IMG/VR virus record: IMGVR_UViG_3300008255_000028
Span: 1-44,810 of that record
DNA from: a virus
Lineage: Duplodnaviria; Caudoviricetes
Strand: one strand, 5' to 3'
DNA: 44,810 nt
The position numbers and the translations under genes are program-made. Numbering within the stretch: position 1 is the stretch's first letter; the number at the start of each line of letters is the position of its first letter. Shown here one piece after another: positions 21,401-29,424 of the stretch. The notes beneath the pieces were generated by a model. That model was given only the letters and a program-made list of their open reading frames with translations. It had not been told where the DNA came from and did not search any database.

Positions 21401-22214
21401 CTTTACACTAGCTAAAGATGCAGTAAATAAAGGTAATAAATTAGCATTTATCGGTATCTCTCCTGCTCAAAGAATTGTTGACCAGATCGTTTGGCTTGGA
21501 GCCTATTCAGATGCTCAAACAAAAAAGATGACTGAAAAGCAAGCAGTTGCGTACGCCGATAATGCTGTTGAAAAAACTCAAGGATCGTCGACTGTTGCCA
21601 ATATGGCTAACATTCAATTTGGCTCACAATCTAAAAAACTTTTTACTATGTTGACTTCTAACCCTCTTGCAATTAACGGGATCGTTTATGAGAAACTAAA
21701 AAGATCGGAGGGTGCGTGGGAGAAGTTTCAAGTCGTATCCTCTGCGGCCATATTCTTTGCTCTCGTACCTGCCATTGTTCAAACAATGCTAGGAGAGATC
21801 GGAGCTAAAGGAGAGGAGGAAGACGAGGACGAAAAGAAACAAAAGCAAATGGACAAGATAATGCTCAACATGGGGCTTAACGCTATCGACATTGTGGACC
21901 CTGTTTTCTTAAGACCTTTAGGTGGATTGGCTTATAATCGTTTTGAATTGAGTCCGGGGATTTCTAACCTTGGTCAAAGCTTACTTCAAACAAAAGAGGC
22001 TGCGGCTAACCTGTCTAATGGCGTTGAGCTAAATGCTAGAGAAATAAGTGGAATGTTAAATGCGTTTACCTATATCACAGGATTGCCTTTATCTGTTGTA
22101 GGAAAAGGTGTATCATTAAATGAGTTCCTAACAGATGAAGATTTACTGGAGCAACGCAAAGCAGAAAGACGTTGGAGAAAAAGAGAACTTAAATATTTAG
22201 AAAGAGAGGAATAG
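15495..22214 (+). CDS. Giant ejection protein with N-terminal GH24 lysozyme and internal HExxH domain
   Basis: IKKHEGLRLKKYKD..G...VGYG and YNLG; Gly-rich hydrophobic segments; VLHELGH; GTG start after GAGGGG. Confidence 0.85.
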   Translation: MAGITKQTKDFIKKHEGLRLKKYKDFNGKYAVGYGDTLNVKDEISEQEAEELLDRRLSQGSEVINKHLKRDIPQNQYDVLLDLEYNLGATKLLNSGLIDVVNKGNIDEIKLAIGKYTKATNEKGQLVELPALVKRSQDRLKLWGGALTTDNTVDAFLDKYELPVVQGQSSVDSFLDSYKKEEVPSPEQQRVAGLNTSETLAGDKPELEFIKKAKQLAREERISQADAEAILFERDYGSAKVEARKETLAKKYPATSKWASKPENFEVLKSSPDNVMKIENVSKNLSPSYLDDLGTAVKSNIFIYQESFAHIANTLGIMDVDQTEKLLNEIDQEKQKAKFVTYQKGVDKINKAGQTLEETYGEGFNKIAEAWDSLFYNRNDQIDKLKNAYDGSEAALNSTLEFITTAFQNPKEFGLVGVQSAGTFVSPYIGALAGAAVGTPIGMTVAGASAGQLLGSGIIGYGSYLQEQLEEFRDPNTGKIDLKKAYSDPNRVAKWRSQATVYGISLALLDKLFMGKAGKEILKPVSGDLVKKIAGKTAQLAKGTVTQAVGEGVGETGATIAADLTGVPFGDKMTFEKVGRAVGKGFVEGAVSIVTGGMAEVGGAGVRKIISSTNKQAAAKTADSVKKTNEAVGSLETLAEVREIVENDPNLKENPDAVKELIEESVNPEPTDVEESDVFTEELDNDIKDEIKLIDNEKKGFVSITPSEWNKYHISKGIDPADAIMNLGPLAADQYNRNKTSDTSFSVPISDWAVGTLSSPPDINLIPRVNGNDLNAAEAIKTGQDIEKNPLVFFSQDELPPTPEQEVKDVSGTPITEQVIVEEDQDPEAPTLRPVKLYGKFRDALEKKAFDKIRNQLKGASKVTKNISPEAIDVVAELQFRHLRARAEMLNVPISKLADDLDFGKMIKAKSRGSFIPDQSLASPYAKVVLTKSADETTVLHELGHSWLHDMWADAPYINAIAEDQITEQQREYKEAQQILVDMIKERGFQIETMADLYNRKAEEVQAIHEMFAQTAEKYFYEGKYTDSRITKLLNVFRKYLTRALELVGTTYPQWPALEITPKIERIFTAILDASNKIDEVLPPMFSDPMFDPSFLGKDGQEYIDAILDSRSEAVGEVYAKSFNMSIRDRENAINAIIDQYYTDATDEANQRLSMRIKNNFDVLYNDFKNGSGDDPRISYESFAEAMAGGDVNKADQLKAMMPKNMINGKKKGGVDINDFMAAVGIADPAELFTLLKEAANIDKVIEDIVAQRIEKDMPVLKTDQEIHTIAEAAVQNKGKEKLMRREMQILQERFPTEYANLVRQGMLPASQLGTKAYKKAMLMQGYKIVMGLPFNAFSPRALLKDSDSFGRKAADAFRRKDVQGAMELKHQQAIHFQAYQVAESVKGEVAKARVLIKKKFAKYATSKDFSNKLDADTMLYGVEVINTLLNGSYNLPDFSTENFDDASAVNSDHVRLINDMVANVRALGADKNTKQMNVVELMAVGDLLETVLKVARKAKTLELNNKAIDREVLINQAIVEIGDRKANDPTLTAKQLDEMGIILSTLKGGRTYELKNMRTLLSSLFKTDIEFEQSVLGQLYNETLNAEAERNNALDEQRAKVENALKNAFKRKGMSYILGAAGNFLKAKDKRSQVINSPELKVSFNNVGELYSFLLHFLGSESGAEKILLGGINGSGPLVAFNDDFTEIDESNAWKFVNRLIEEGVLTKEDFDALQTVWDSFDSFYPKVKKAIRNTDGRKVNYIEGRGFTNKFGAYRGGYIPISKALDSLPQAARDQLLNPDANGYQVNDLFPHMYTGMASLRKKQYYDVNLDLGKITSKLAGVANVAYLREPMMNIGKFFSDENLNVVLENRRPDITTRAIVPWFNRTKLQEYVAPSDSFLDTFAKQIRSVAPLNFYVGNLKVVGMQFLGIPQALPVVGAKALTKGLAAYTTNRETKKFITDRSVRMKQRFSNHEKNMIKNTEELDLNFTLAKDAVNKGNKLAFIGISPAQRIVDQIVWLGAYSDAQTKKMTEKQAVAYADNAVEKTQGSSTVANMANIQFGSQSKKLFTMLTSNPLAINGIVYEKLKRSEGAWEKFQVVSSAAIFFALVPAIVQTMLGEIGAKGEEEDEDEKKQKQMDKIMLNMGLNAIDIVDPVFLRPLGGLAYNRFELSPGISNLGQSLLQTKEAAANLSNGVELNAREISGMLNAFTYITGLPLSVVGKGVSLNEFLTDEDLLEQRKAERRWRKRELKYLEREE

Positions 22215-22559
22215 ATGGGAATAAGAATCGACGGCGAATTGATAATCATTGACGGCGATATGTCCGGTAATGTGGTTTCAGATCCTATCAATCTTTCAGC
22301 TTTTGTAGGCGCAGCTATTCAAGCAATATATACAGGTTCACCTGATGGAGACTTAGACTTCGAGGGTTCATGCCAACTGACTCAAGATCCAAGCTTAGTG
22401 ACTGAGTGGACGATTCTACATTCAGAACCTATATCCGCCGCAGGCAATAAGATCTTTAATTTCAAAAATACTTTTTATAAATGGGTAAGACTTAATTATA
22501 AATTTAACTCAGGGTCAGGTCAGCTTAACGCTACCGTTGTCCTTAAGGGGGATTGGTGA
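22215..22559 (+). CDS. Beta-rich virion protein
   Basis: YKWVRLNY....GSG.L motif; abuts the previous stop. Confidence 0.65.
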   Translation: MGIRIDGELIIIDGDMSGNVVSDPINLSAFVGAAIQAIYTGSPDGDLDFEGSCQLTQDPSLVTEWTILHSEPISAAGNKIFNFKNTFYKWVRLNYKFNSGSGQLNATVVLKGDW

Positions 22560-23425
22560 GTGATTTAATAGAAATTCCGGGGATTCAAATAACAGGCGTT
22601 GCGACTGAAGCTACACTTTTACAAATTGAAACGGCCGTAGAAAGCGTTGATACTAAGACTCCTGCCTTAGTGGGCGGAAGAACTCCTGTTGATGGCTCAG
22701 GGGTCACACAGCCAATTTCTGCAACGGCTCTTCCTCTTCCAACAGGAGCCTCGACGGAAGCCAAGCAAGATACAGGGAACACAAGCCTTAGTAGCATCGA
22801 CACAAAAACTCCTGCACTTATAGCAGGTAGAACTCCTGTTGATGGCTCAGGGGTCACTCAGCCTATTTCAGCAGCTTCTTTACCGCTACCAACAGGTGCA
22901 GCGACAGAGGCGAAACAAGACACAGGCAATACAAGCCTAGGCAACATTGATACTAAAACTCCTGCCTTAGTGGGCGGAAGAACTCCTGTTGATGGCTCAG
23001 GAGTCACACAACCAATATCAGCAACGGCTCTTCCTTTACCGACAGGAGCGGCGACAGAGGCGAAACAAGACACAGGGAACACAAGCTTAGGCAGTATTGA
23101 TACCAAGACTCCTGCCTTAGTAGGTGGAAGAACTCCCGTCGATGGCTCAGGGGTCACTCAGCCAATCTCTGCAACGGCTCTTCCATTGCCAACAGGGGCG
23201 GCCACTGAAGCCAAGCAAGATACAGGAAACACAAGTTTATCAAATATAAACAGCAAGATTGCATCAAGTTTGGTTTCTGATCCCCATGATGAATTAGTAA
23301 TTTCTTATGTCGGAGCGACCGACGATATTGATACTGTCGTTTACAAAGCTGCGACTGTGACAGTGGCGACTTTAACAATGAGCTATGACGGTAATGGAAG
23401 ACTTTCAGGCGTAGTGAGGTCATAA
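22553..23425 (+). CDS. Repeat-containing virion/fibre protein
   Basis: Four 50-aa repeats; C-terminal LTMSYDGNGRLSGV. Confidence 0.75.
   Translation: MVSDLIEIPGIQITGVATEATLLQIETAVESVDTKTPALVGGRTPVDGSGVTQPISATALPLPTGASTEAKQDTGNTSLSSIDTKTPALIAGRTPVDGSGVTQPISAASLPLPTGAATEAKQDTGNTSLGNIDTKTPALVGGRTPVDGSGVTQPISATALPLPTGAATEAKQDTGNTSLGSIDTKTPALVGGRTPVDGSGVTQPISATALPLPTGAATEAKQDTGNTSLSNINSKIASSLVSDPHDELVISYVGATDDIDTVVYKAATVTVATLTMSYDGNGRLSGVVRS
22649..23248 (+). repeat. Coding tandem repeat, 4 x 150 bp
   Basis: Units start at 22649, 22799, 22949 and 23099 (DTKTPALVGGRTPVDGSGVTQPIS...). Confidence 0.95.
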
Positions 23426-23426
23426 C

Positions 23427-25502
23427 ATGAAACAAGTATTTAACCCACTATCGGGATCTTTTGACCTTGTAGAGGATCAATCAGCAAAAATAAAATACAC
23501 CCCAACAGTCGAAGGCGACTTTGAAGCTCAACCAACTGAAGTAAAATCTGCATTAGATCAAATCGCATCAAGAAAAAATCCTCTTGATATTTTTGTGCAA
23601 TTACAAGCAAGAGAAGATTTAGGTGATTGGTCAACTGGAGATAATGCGACCTTTCTTGGCGGGGGTACATTAGCAGGGACATTTGAAAAAGAAACATCGT
23701 CGCCACTAAACGGTGTAGCATCTTATAAATACACTCAAGCAGCAAGCTCTCTTGACGACTACATTGCCTCGCCTTCTCAGCCAGTACCTTTAAGATTTAG
23801 AGGTCAAACTTGCAGTATTAATTTTCCATTTAATTACAATGGTTCAAACTCAGACATTAACCTAGTTATTTACGACGATACAAATAACGTCGAGCTTTAC
23901 AATCAACCAATCGAAGCAACGAACGGTGGAAATAAGATTCTTAAAGCTAATTTTATAATGCCATTAACTTGCGCTAATTTAATTGTAGGCTTTCATGTTA
24001 AAGTATTAGACTCAGGAAAGATTTTAAACTTCGACGATATTCAAGTAAGTGACGACACTTTAAAGTACACTGACATTTCTAATATTTCTGAATGGCAAAG
24101 CTATACTCCAACCTTTGCAGGGTTCGGAACGGTTTCTACTTCAAACATGGCATGGAGAAAAGTGGGAGCAAATATAGAGGTTAGAGGTAGATTTACAACA
24201 GGAACGCCTACAGCAACAGAGGCGAGAATTAGCTTTCCGCTGAATTATTTATCTATCTCTAATATAACAAACCCTAATATAGTTGGCGTTTTTGCAAAAT
24301 CAACAGGACCGTTTAGTGGTTCATTTAACGTATTAACAGAGCCATCTGTGGGGTATTTTACATTTGGCATTTCTGGTGCATCAAATACGGGGTTAACAAA
24401 GTTAAATGGAAACGGGTTTATCGTAGCGGGAGAAGATGTTTCATTGTTTGCATCTATTCCAATAGCAGGACTTCTCGCTAACTCCCCGTCAATCATAACC
24501 CCGATTGAATCATTCTCATCAGACACAGCGCAATTTACTTACGCTGGTTCATCTCAGTACACGCTTGCTACATTGCCAAACTCACCGATTGGAACTTTTA
24601 TAACTGGAACTTATGCGGCAAGCACAAACACTCTAACTCAAACAAATGCGGCTCCACCAACTCAAACAGTAGCCGACATGAACGTGAATGGAATTAGAGT
24701 GTTTAGTAGGGCTTACAATGCTGCATCGACTTCTGGTAATCCAGCTTACATAGCTATTAATATAGGAAAAGGATTTAAGGGGCATCAGCTAAGTTTGTAC
24801 AAAAGCGTAGGTAAGGCCACTTCTGGAAGTCTTGACTACATGATACAGTCTACCAATTCGTATCAAACAGGGGTCGATCTTAAGGGCTATAATGAGGCTA
24901 CGGGTATATTTTTAATTGATCTAGGATACAAAAGAAATACCACTATAACGTCACACGATTTAAGCTTTGAAGATCGCACTCAGCAAACTGACGGCTATCT
25001 CGTAATCAACGCTAGCAAATCTCCTGCGCTTGTCGGAGTGCCTGAGTTAATTCCAAGGATTGCGACGATAAGCGATGTTAAGGCAAGCGGTTCTTTTGGT
25101 GGAACATTTACAAGCGGTTCATATCAAACAAGAGTACTAAATACCTTAGACGATCCGACCGGAATAGTGACATCTCTTACCTCTAACCAGTTTATTCTTC
25201 CAATCGGAGAATATAATTTTGAAATTTTTGGTACTGCTTATAGAGTGGGAATACATAAACTAAAGCTTAGAAATATAACAGACTCAACAGATGCTTTAAT
25301 TGGATCAACTCAAGTTTCGGGAACTGCTGATTCAACTACAAGTGTATCTTATGTTAGCGGCAAGGTGGTTCTTGCGGCTCCAAAAACTTTTGAGCTTCAA
25401 CACAGATGCACCACAACGGTTGCAACAAACGGATTCGGGGATGCAGCAGCGTTTGGAGACACAGAAAGGTATTCAGAAATTACAATTACAAAAGTTAAAT
25501 AA
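23427..25502 (+). CDS. Tail fibre / receptor-binding protein
   Basis: S/T/G-rich beta domains, WQSYTPT motif, followed by a chaperone-like gene. Confidence 0.75.
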   Translation: MKQVFNPLSGSFDLVEDQSAKIKYTPTVEGDFEAQPTEVKSALDQIASRKNPLDIFVQLQAREDLGDWSTGDNATFLGGGTLAGTFEKETSSPLNGVASYKYTQAASSLDDYIASPSQPVPLRFRGQTCSINFPFNYNGSNSDINLVIYDDTNNVELYNQPIEATNGGNKILKANFIMPLTCANLIVGFHVKVLDSGKILNFDDIQVSDDTLKYTDISNISEWQSYTPTFAGFGTVSTSNMAWRKVGANIEVRGRFTTGTPTATEARISFPLNYLSISNITNPNIVGVFAKSTGPFSGSFNVLTEPSVGYFTFGISGASNTGLTKLNGNGFIVAGEDVSLFASIPIAGLLANSPSIITPIESFSSDTAQFTYAGSSQYTLATLPNSPIGTFITGTYAASTNTLTQTNAAPPTQTVADMNVNGIRVFSRAYNAASTSGNPAYIAINIGKGFKGHQLSLYKSVGKATSGSLDYMIQSTNSYQTGVDLKGYNEATGIFLIDLGYKRNTTITSHDLSFEDRTQQTDGYLVINASKSPALVGVPELIPRIATISDVKASGSFGGTFTSGSYQTRVLNTLDDPTGIVTSLTSNQFILPIGEYNFEIFGTAYRVGIHKLKLRNITDSTDALIGSTQVSGTADSTTSVSYVSGKVVLAAPKTFELQHRCTTTVATNGFGDAAAFGDTERYSEITITKVK

Positions 25503-25511
25503 GGAACGATT

Positions 25512-26120
25512 ATGATTATAGAATTGTTATCACAAAAAGGTTTCGTTGAAGGTGTGGACTTTTCCTTAGAAAACGACACACTAACAGCATTACCCAAGAC
25601 TAGAATGGTCGATCAAGAAATCGAGCATCCTGCCGTAGAGGAAGTTTTAGGAGCTGAAGGAGATGTAATTACTCCTGCACAAGAGGCATACACTGAGACA
25701 ATACAAGTCGAAGAAACATATTACGAGGAACTTCCAAGCCTTGATTCATTAAAGTTTGAAGCCGTAAAGAACAATGATGCGGCAATGGTCATTAATGAAT
25801 TTTTAAAAGGAAAGCAAATTGCAGAAGATGACTCTATAAACATCGATCTTTTTTTATCAGGCGATCAAAGCGGTTGGAGATTTACTAATATCGTTGCACC
25901 AACGGCATCAGAGCTTTTCGATCTAATATCCCTTTCTCAACAAACCAAAAGCCAATTAGAAATAAATGCAGAAGCAAAAGCCTTCTTAAGTGGAAGTGAC
26001 TGGAAAATTCTTAGACACCGAGATCAACTCGAAATGAATATTCCAACAAGTTTAACAAGCATTGAATACGATAATTTATTAGTTCAAAGGCAAGAAGCTA
26101 GAGACAGCATACAGGAGTAG
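25512..26120 (+). CDS. Tail fibre assembly chaperone-like protein
   Basis: C-terminal A.AFL..SDW...R.....RQEAR motif. Confidence 0.65.
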   Translation: MIIELLSQKGFVEGVDFSLENDTLTALPKTRMVDQEIEHPAVEEVLGAEGDVITPAQEAYTETIQVEETYYEELPSLDSLKFEAVKNNDAAMVINEFLKGKQIAEDDSINIDLFLSGDQSGWRFTNIVAPTASELFDLISLSQQTKSQLEINAEAKAFLSGSDWKILRHRDQLEMNIPTSLTSIEYDNLLVQRQEARDSIQE

Positions 26121-26122
26121 AT

Positions 26123-26338
26123 ATGGTAGACTTTTTATTTCAATGGATAAAGGGAATCGTTGCCGCTTTAAGTCTTGTCCTTACAGCTTGGATTTGGCTT
26201 ATAACTCATATAGACAGTAAAGCTGAAGCAGTAGAAAAAAGAGTAATGGAAATACGCCAAAACGACATGGAACATTTGGACAAAAGACTTAATTCAATAG
26301 ATAATAAATTAGACATACTGATAGGGGGAAGAAAATGA
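26123..26338 (+). CDS. Small membrane protein (one TM plus coiled coil; holin/XhlA-like)
   Basis: One hydrophobic helix, then RLNSIDNKLD; AGGAG SD. Confidence 0.6.
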   Translation: MVDFLFQWIKGIVAALSLVLTAWIWLITHIDSKAEAVEKRVMEIRQNDMEHLDKRLNSIDNKLDILIGGRK

Positions 26339-26604
26339 GCAACGATCTTTTTAAAATGTACGGCAAAGGTGAGCTTGACTCTCCTGCTTCTTTTGCGGCA
26401 GCGATAACACCTAATGATAGCACTGATCTTACTATGGCAACAAGAGGCATATACATCGGCGGCGATGGTAACCTATCCGTTGTGACAGTTGGTGATCAGA
26501 CAGTCCTCTTCTCTAACGTTGTGGCAGGGAGCATACTTCCTATCAGAGTTAAAAGAGTGATGGCCACAAATACCACTGCTACTAATCTTGTTGGAATGTA
26601 CTAA
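26335..26604 (+). CDS. Head-spike base protein (RcGTA Rcc01079-like)
   Basis: SPA..AAAITPNDSTDL...TRGIYIGGDGNL.V...G.ILPIRVKRV..T.TTAT.LV pattern. Confidence 0.78.
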   Translation: MSNDLFKMYGKGELDSPASFAAAITPNDSTDLTMATRGIYIGGDGNLSVVTVGDQTVLFSNVVAGSILPIRVKRVMATNTTATNLVGMY

Positions 26605-27974
26605 TGTTTGGAATAGGCATAGGTGTATCTATTTCTAAAATGGGGTCTAAGGGCTCAAGTGCGATAGGCACTCCTACTGCTGCATTTATAGACGACGGTC
26701 TTGTATTATGGCTTGACGGTCGTGACCCTGCCACTATGACTTTAGCAACTTCAAGAGTCGACGAGTGGAGAGATAAACAAGGTGGGTTAAATAAATTAGC
26801 AACTTCCTCTGCCGGAACGGGGTTTAATCCTGCGTATCTCGCAACGTATTTTAACAATCAAGGCGGAGTAAATTTCAACAGTGATATCTTAGAAAGTCCT
26901 GCGGCTTTCACAGATATGAATTGGGAAACAGGGTTTACCGTTTTGGCCGTTGTTGAAAAGACTGCAAGAGCAGGGAACTATTTTTCAGCTTCTTTAGGGC
27001 AGCAAGGAATTTTAGGCTTCGGTTACGGTGAAAGAATTAGTTCAGGAAGTGCAGCCGGAAACGCAGCTTTCGGGGTGTCAAGAAACGTATCTACAATAAT
27101 TGGTTCAAGATATAACGGAGCTTGGAAGTTCTTTAGAAACGACGAGTCTTTTGATCTTGCTCATGGGACGAATCAGGTCGGAACTGGAAACTTTAGTAAA
27201 CTGTCTTTAGGTGGTTGGGTTGGAGTTAATACTGCCAATCATCGAACTGCTTCATACTTCTTTTACAATAAGCCTTTAACAGATACTCAAATAACTCAAA
27301 TGCAATTATGGATGATGAATGAGTTTAGCGTACCTGCGATTCCTGACAATGGATTTAATATCGTAGTAGATGGAAACTCTTTGGCAGTAGGAACGGCAGG
27401 GACTACGAGTGCTACTATTCATGATGGTATTATAGAAGCCAACGGCCCTATCGTTGGAACGGACTATGAGAACTGGTCGATCGGTGGAGCTACGACGGTT
27501 TCACTTGAGTCAGATGCCTCGACGAGGATTGATTCAAGGTTAAGAACTGTGCCCGACACATCAAAGCAGATTTTAATTATTTGGGAGCTTGGAAACGATA
27601 TAGGTCTTAATGCCACTAGAACAGGACTAGAAGCGTACAATAATATTAAGACTTACTGCCAAGCTAGAAAAGCGGCAGGGTGGTCTAACATAATTGTAGG
27701 TACTTGTCTTCCAAGAAAAGCAAGCGCAACGGTAAACGCAAATTATGAAACAGAAAGACTTGCCTGTAATACACTAATAAGAGATGCTCTTACTAATAGC
27801 GAAACTTGGCTAGATGCAATCGCCGACTATGGTGGAAGTGCTACGATAGGAGCAACGGGGGCAGCAGACGTGACAACGTATTATAATGCAGATGGGATAC
27901 ATCTTAATAATACGGGGCATATCCAAGGTAAAGCTATTACGACAGCAGCGATTAACTTGATAACGGGGTTATAA
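26604..27974 (+). CDS. Head-spike fibre with LamG-like and SGNH hydrolase domains
   Basis: MFGIGIGV anchor; LVLWLD...WRDK and YNKPLT; DGNSL, GND and DGIH catalytic blocks. Confidence 0.78.
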   Translation: MFGIGIGVSISKMGSKGSSAIGTPTAAFIDDGLVLWLDGRDPATMTLATSRVDEWRDKQGGLNKLATSSAGTGFNPAYLATYFNNQGGVNFNSDILESPAAFTDMNWETGFTVLAVVEKTARAGNYFSASLGQQGILGFGYGERISSGSAAGNAAFGVSRNVSTIIGSRYNGAWKFFRNDESFDLAHGTNQVGTGNFSKLSLGGWVGVNTANHRTASYFFYNKPLTDTQITQMQLWMMNEFSVPAIPDNGFNIVVDGNSLAVGTAGTTSATIHDGIIEANGPIVGTDYENWSIGGATTVSLESDASTRIDSRLRTVPDTSKQILIIWELGNDIGLNATRTGLEAYNNIKTYCQARKAAGWSNIIVGTCLPRKASATVNANYETERLACNTLIRDALTNSETWLDAIADYGGSATIGATGAADVTTYYNADGIHLNNTGHIQGKAITTAAINLITGL

Positions 27975-27975
27975 T

Positions 27976-28353
27976 ATGTCGGCAGGAAATTATAATATCA
28001 CAATAGAGCAAGGTGCTACTTTCTTCATGACTTTAAATCTTAAAGATGAAGACGGTGTGGCCATTGATCTCACTGGCCATACATTTAGAGGGAAAGTTAA
28101 AAAGACTTTTGCTGACACTGTTGCCGTAGCTACTTTTTCTTTTAATGTTTTGGACCAAACAGCCGAAGCCACCAAAGGAAAAGTCGAGGTCTCTATTTCT
28201 GCAACGGATACTGCGGCCATTGTTCTCACTAATAAAACGGTAGAAAGATCTTTGACAAAAATGGCTTATGACATTGAGTCAGAAGACGTATCAGGATTTG
28301 TGAAAAGATGGCTTCAAGGATCGGCAAACATAAGCCCTGAAATTACTAAATAA
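27976..28353 (+). CDS. Virion protein, BppU-N-like Ig fold
   Basis: ITIEQGATF...IDLTG...YDIE....G.VKR.LQG pattern. Confidence 0.65.
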   Translation: MSAGNYNITIEQGATFFMTLNLKDEDGVAIDLTGHTFRGKVKKTFADTVAVATFSFNVLDQTAEATKGKVEVSISATDTAAIVLTNKTVERSLTKMAYDIESEDVSGFVKRWLQGSANISPEITK

Positions 28354-28364
28354 AGAAGGATACT

Positions 28365-28607
28365 ATGGACAGTATAATCGAAGTAGAAAAAAGCCTTCCC
28401 GATACATTAATCATTGAAGAGTCCGTTGAGAATGTAGTAGCTGAAATAGCTACAGAAATAAAAGTTGAAGTGGTCGACGAGAAAGAAGCCGTTGTTCAAG
28501 TTAAAGACTCTGAGACAATTGACGTCGAGGTGACAGAGTCTTCACCTGCAGTCATTGAAGTTCAAGACCGAGGGACTCAAGGGCCTCCGGGGATTGGATG
28601 GGTATAA
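28365..28607 (+). CDS. Acidic hypothetical protein ending in a short Gly-X-Y stretch
   Basis: E/V-rich; GTQGPPG; AAGGA SD. Confidence 0.65.
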   Translation: MDSIIEVEKSLPDTLIIEESVENVVAEIATEIKVEVVDEKEAVVQVKDSETIDVEVTESSPAVIEVQDRGTQGPPGIGWV

Positions 28608-28636
28608 AATAATTAAATAAAATCCAAGGAGGGTTT

Positions 28637-28801
28637 ATGTTAGAAGTAATTGAGTTTTTAAAAGGTCTTCCAGAAATCTTAGTAAAGTTTGAAGTTCTGC
28701 TTCTTGCAGCTATCGCTTTTTTTATGGTCATTCCGGGCGATCAGCCTGAAAAGTTCCTTCAAAGCGTAGTAGACTTCATCAAAAAGTTTTCTAAGAAATG
28801 A
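28637..28801 (+). CDS. Putative holin, 54 aa (not in the ORF track)
   Basis: AAGGAGG SD; MLEVIEFLKGLPEILVKFEVLLLAAIAFFMVIPGDQPEKFLQSVVDFIKKFSKK; ATGA overlap with the next gene. Confidence 0.7.
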   Translation: MLEVIEFLKGLPEILVKFEVLLLAAIAFFMVIPGDQPEKFLQSVVDFIKKFSKK

Positions 28802-29031
28802 TTCCATCTTTACTTGGTATTCTAAGAGAAGGTCTTAAGGCTTGGAATACCAAGGAAGGTAAAGAAATTTACGAACGTTATAGAAAAGCAGAGGCAGAGT
28901 ATGATGAACAAATGGATAGAAAATCTAGGACGGGTCAGTACTCTCAGCTTGCTGTTGATAGGAGCTTGCGCACAATTAGAGAAGTCTCCGACGCCTATTA
29001 TAAATACATCGTCTCCAATCCAACTGCTTAG
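28798..29031 (+). CDS. Putative i-spanin-like protein
   Basis: Short hydrophobic N-terminus then coiled coil; overlapped by a lipoprotein gene. Confidence 0.5.
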   Translation: MIPSLLGILREGLKAWNTKEGKEIYERYRKAEAEYDEQMDRKSRTGQYSQLAVDRSLRTIREVSDAYYKYIVSNPTA

Positions 29032-29263
29032 CATCGACGAGGTTGGCGGACCTAAGATCCCTTTCAATAACCAAGAAGCTTTCTTCCCTATTCATCCGAG
29101 TGGCGTAGGCGTCTATTATTCGTGGGACGTTTGCGTAAAGAAATTTATCTGGTGTACTAAGTGGGAATACAAAGAGATAATTTTTAGGTTCGATGATGAG
29201 AATGTAATGAGGTGGTTCATTGGCAACAACTTCGGATTCAAAAGACAAGAAAGTCCTAAGTAA
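28901..29263 (+). CDS. Lipoprotein, putative o-spanin
   Basis: Lipobox LLLIGAC; Pro-rich; starts inside the previous gene in another frame. Confidence 0.6.
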   Translation: MMNKWIENLGRVSTLSLLLIGACAQLEKSPTPIINTSSPIQLLSIDEVGGPKIPFNNQEAFFPIHPSGVGVYYSWDVCVKKFIWCTKWEYKEIIFRFDDENVMRWFIGNNFGFKRQESPK

Positions 29264-29387
29264 AAAATCTGATTCACTATCTAATCTCTACGCTCAAAAA
29301 GCATTGGCTCTTTCAAGATCAGATACATTAAATGCTAAACGAATCCAAGCAGTCATTGATTGCATAGAGAAAGGTAAGAAGAAATAA
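29220..29387 (+). CDS. Small basic hypothetical protein, 55 aa (not in the ORF track)
   Basis: TTG start after GAGGT; MATTSDSKDKKVLSKKSDSL...DCIEKGKKK; fills the gap between genes. Confidence 0.5.
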   Translation: MATTSDSKDKKVLSKKSDSLSNLYAQKALALSRSDTLNAKRIQAVIDCIEKGKKK

Positions 29388-29424
29388 CTAGACTTATTTT
29401 AGATATTCCAATGATAATAATTAT

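Noticed and set aside
23427-27974. Diversity-generating retroelement, as in BPP-1
   Set aside because: No reverse transcriptase gene, and I saw no TR/VR pair differing at adenines.
28571-28607. Frameshifted or truncated collagen-like fibre
   Set aside because: Only about two Gly-X-Y triplets, and no continuation in other frames.
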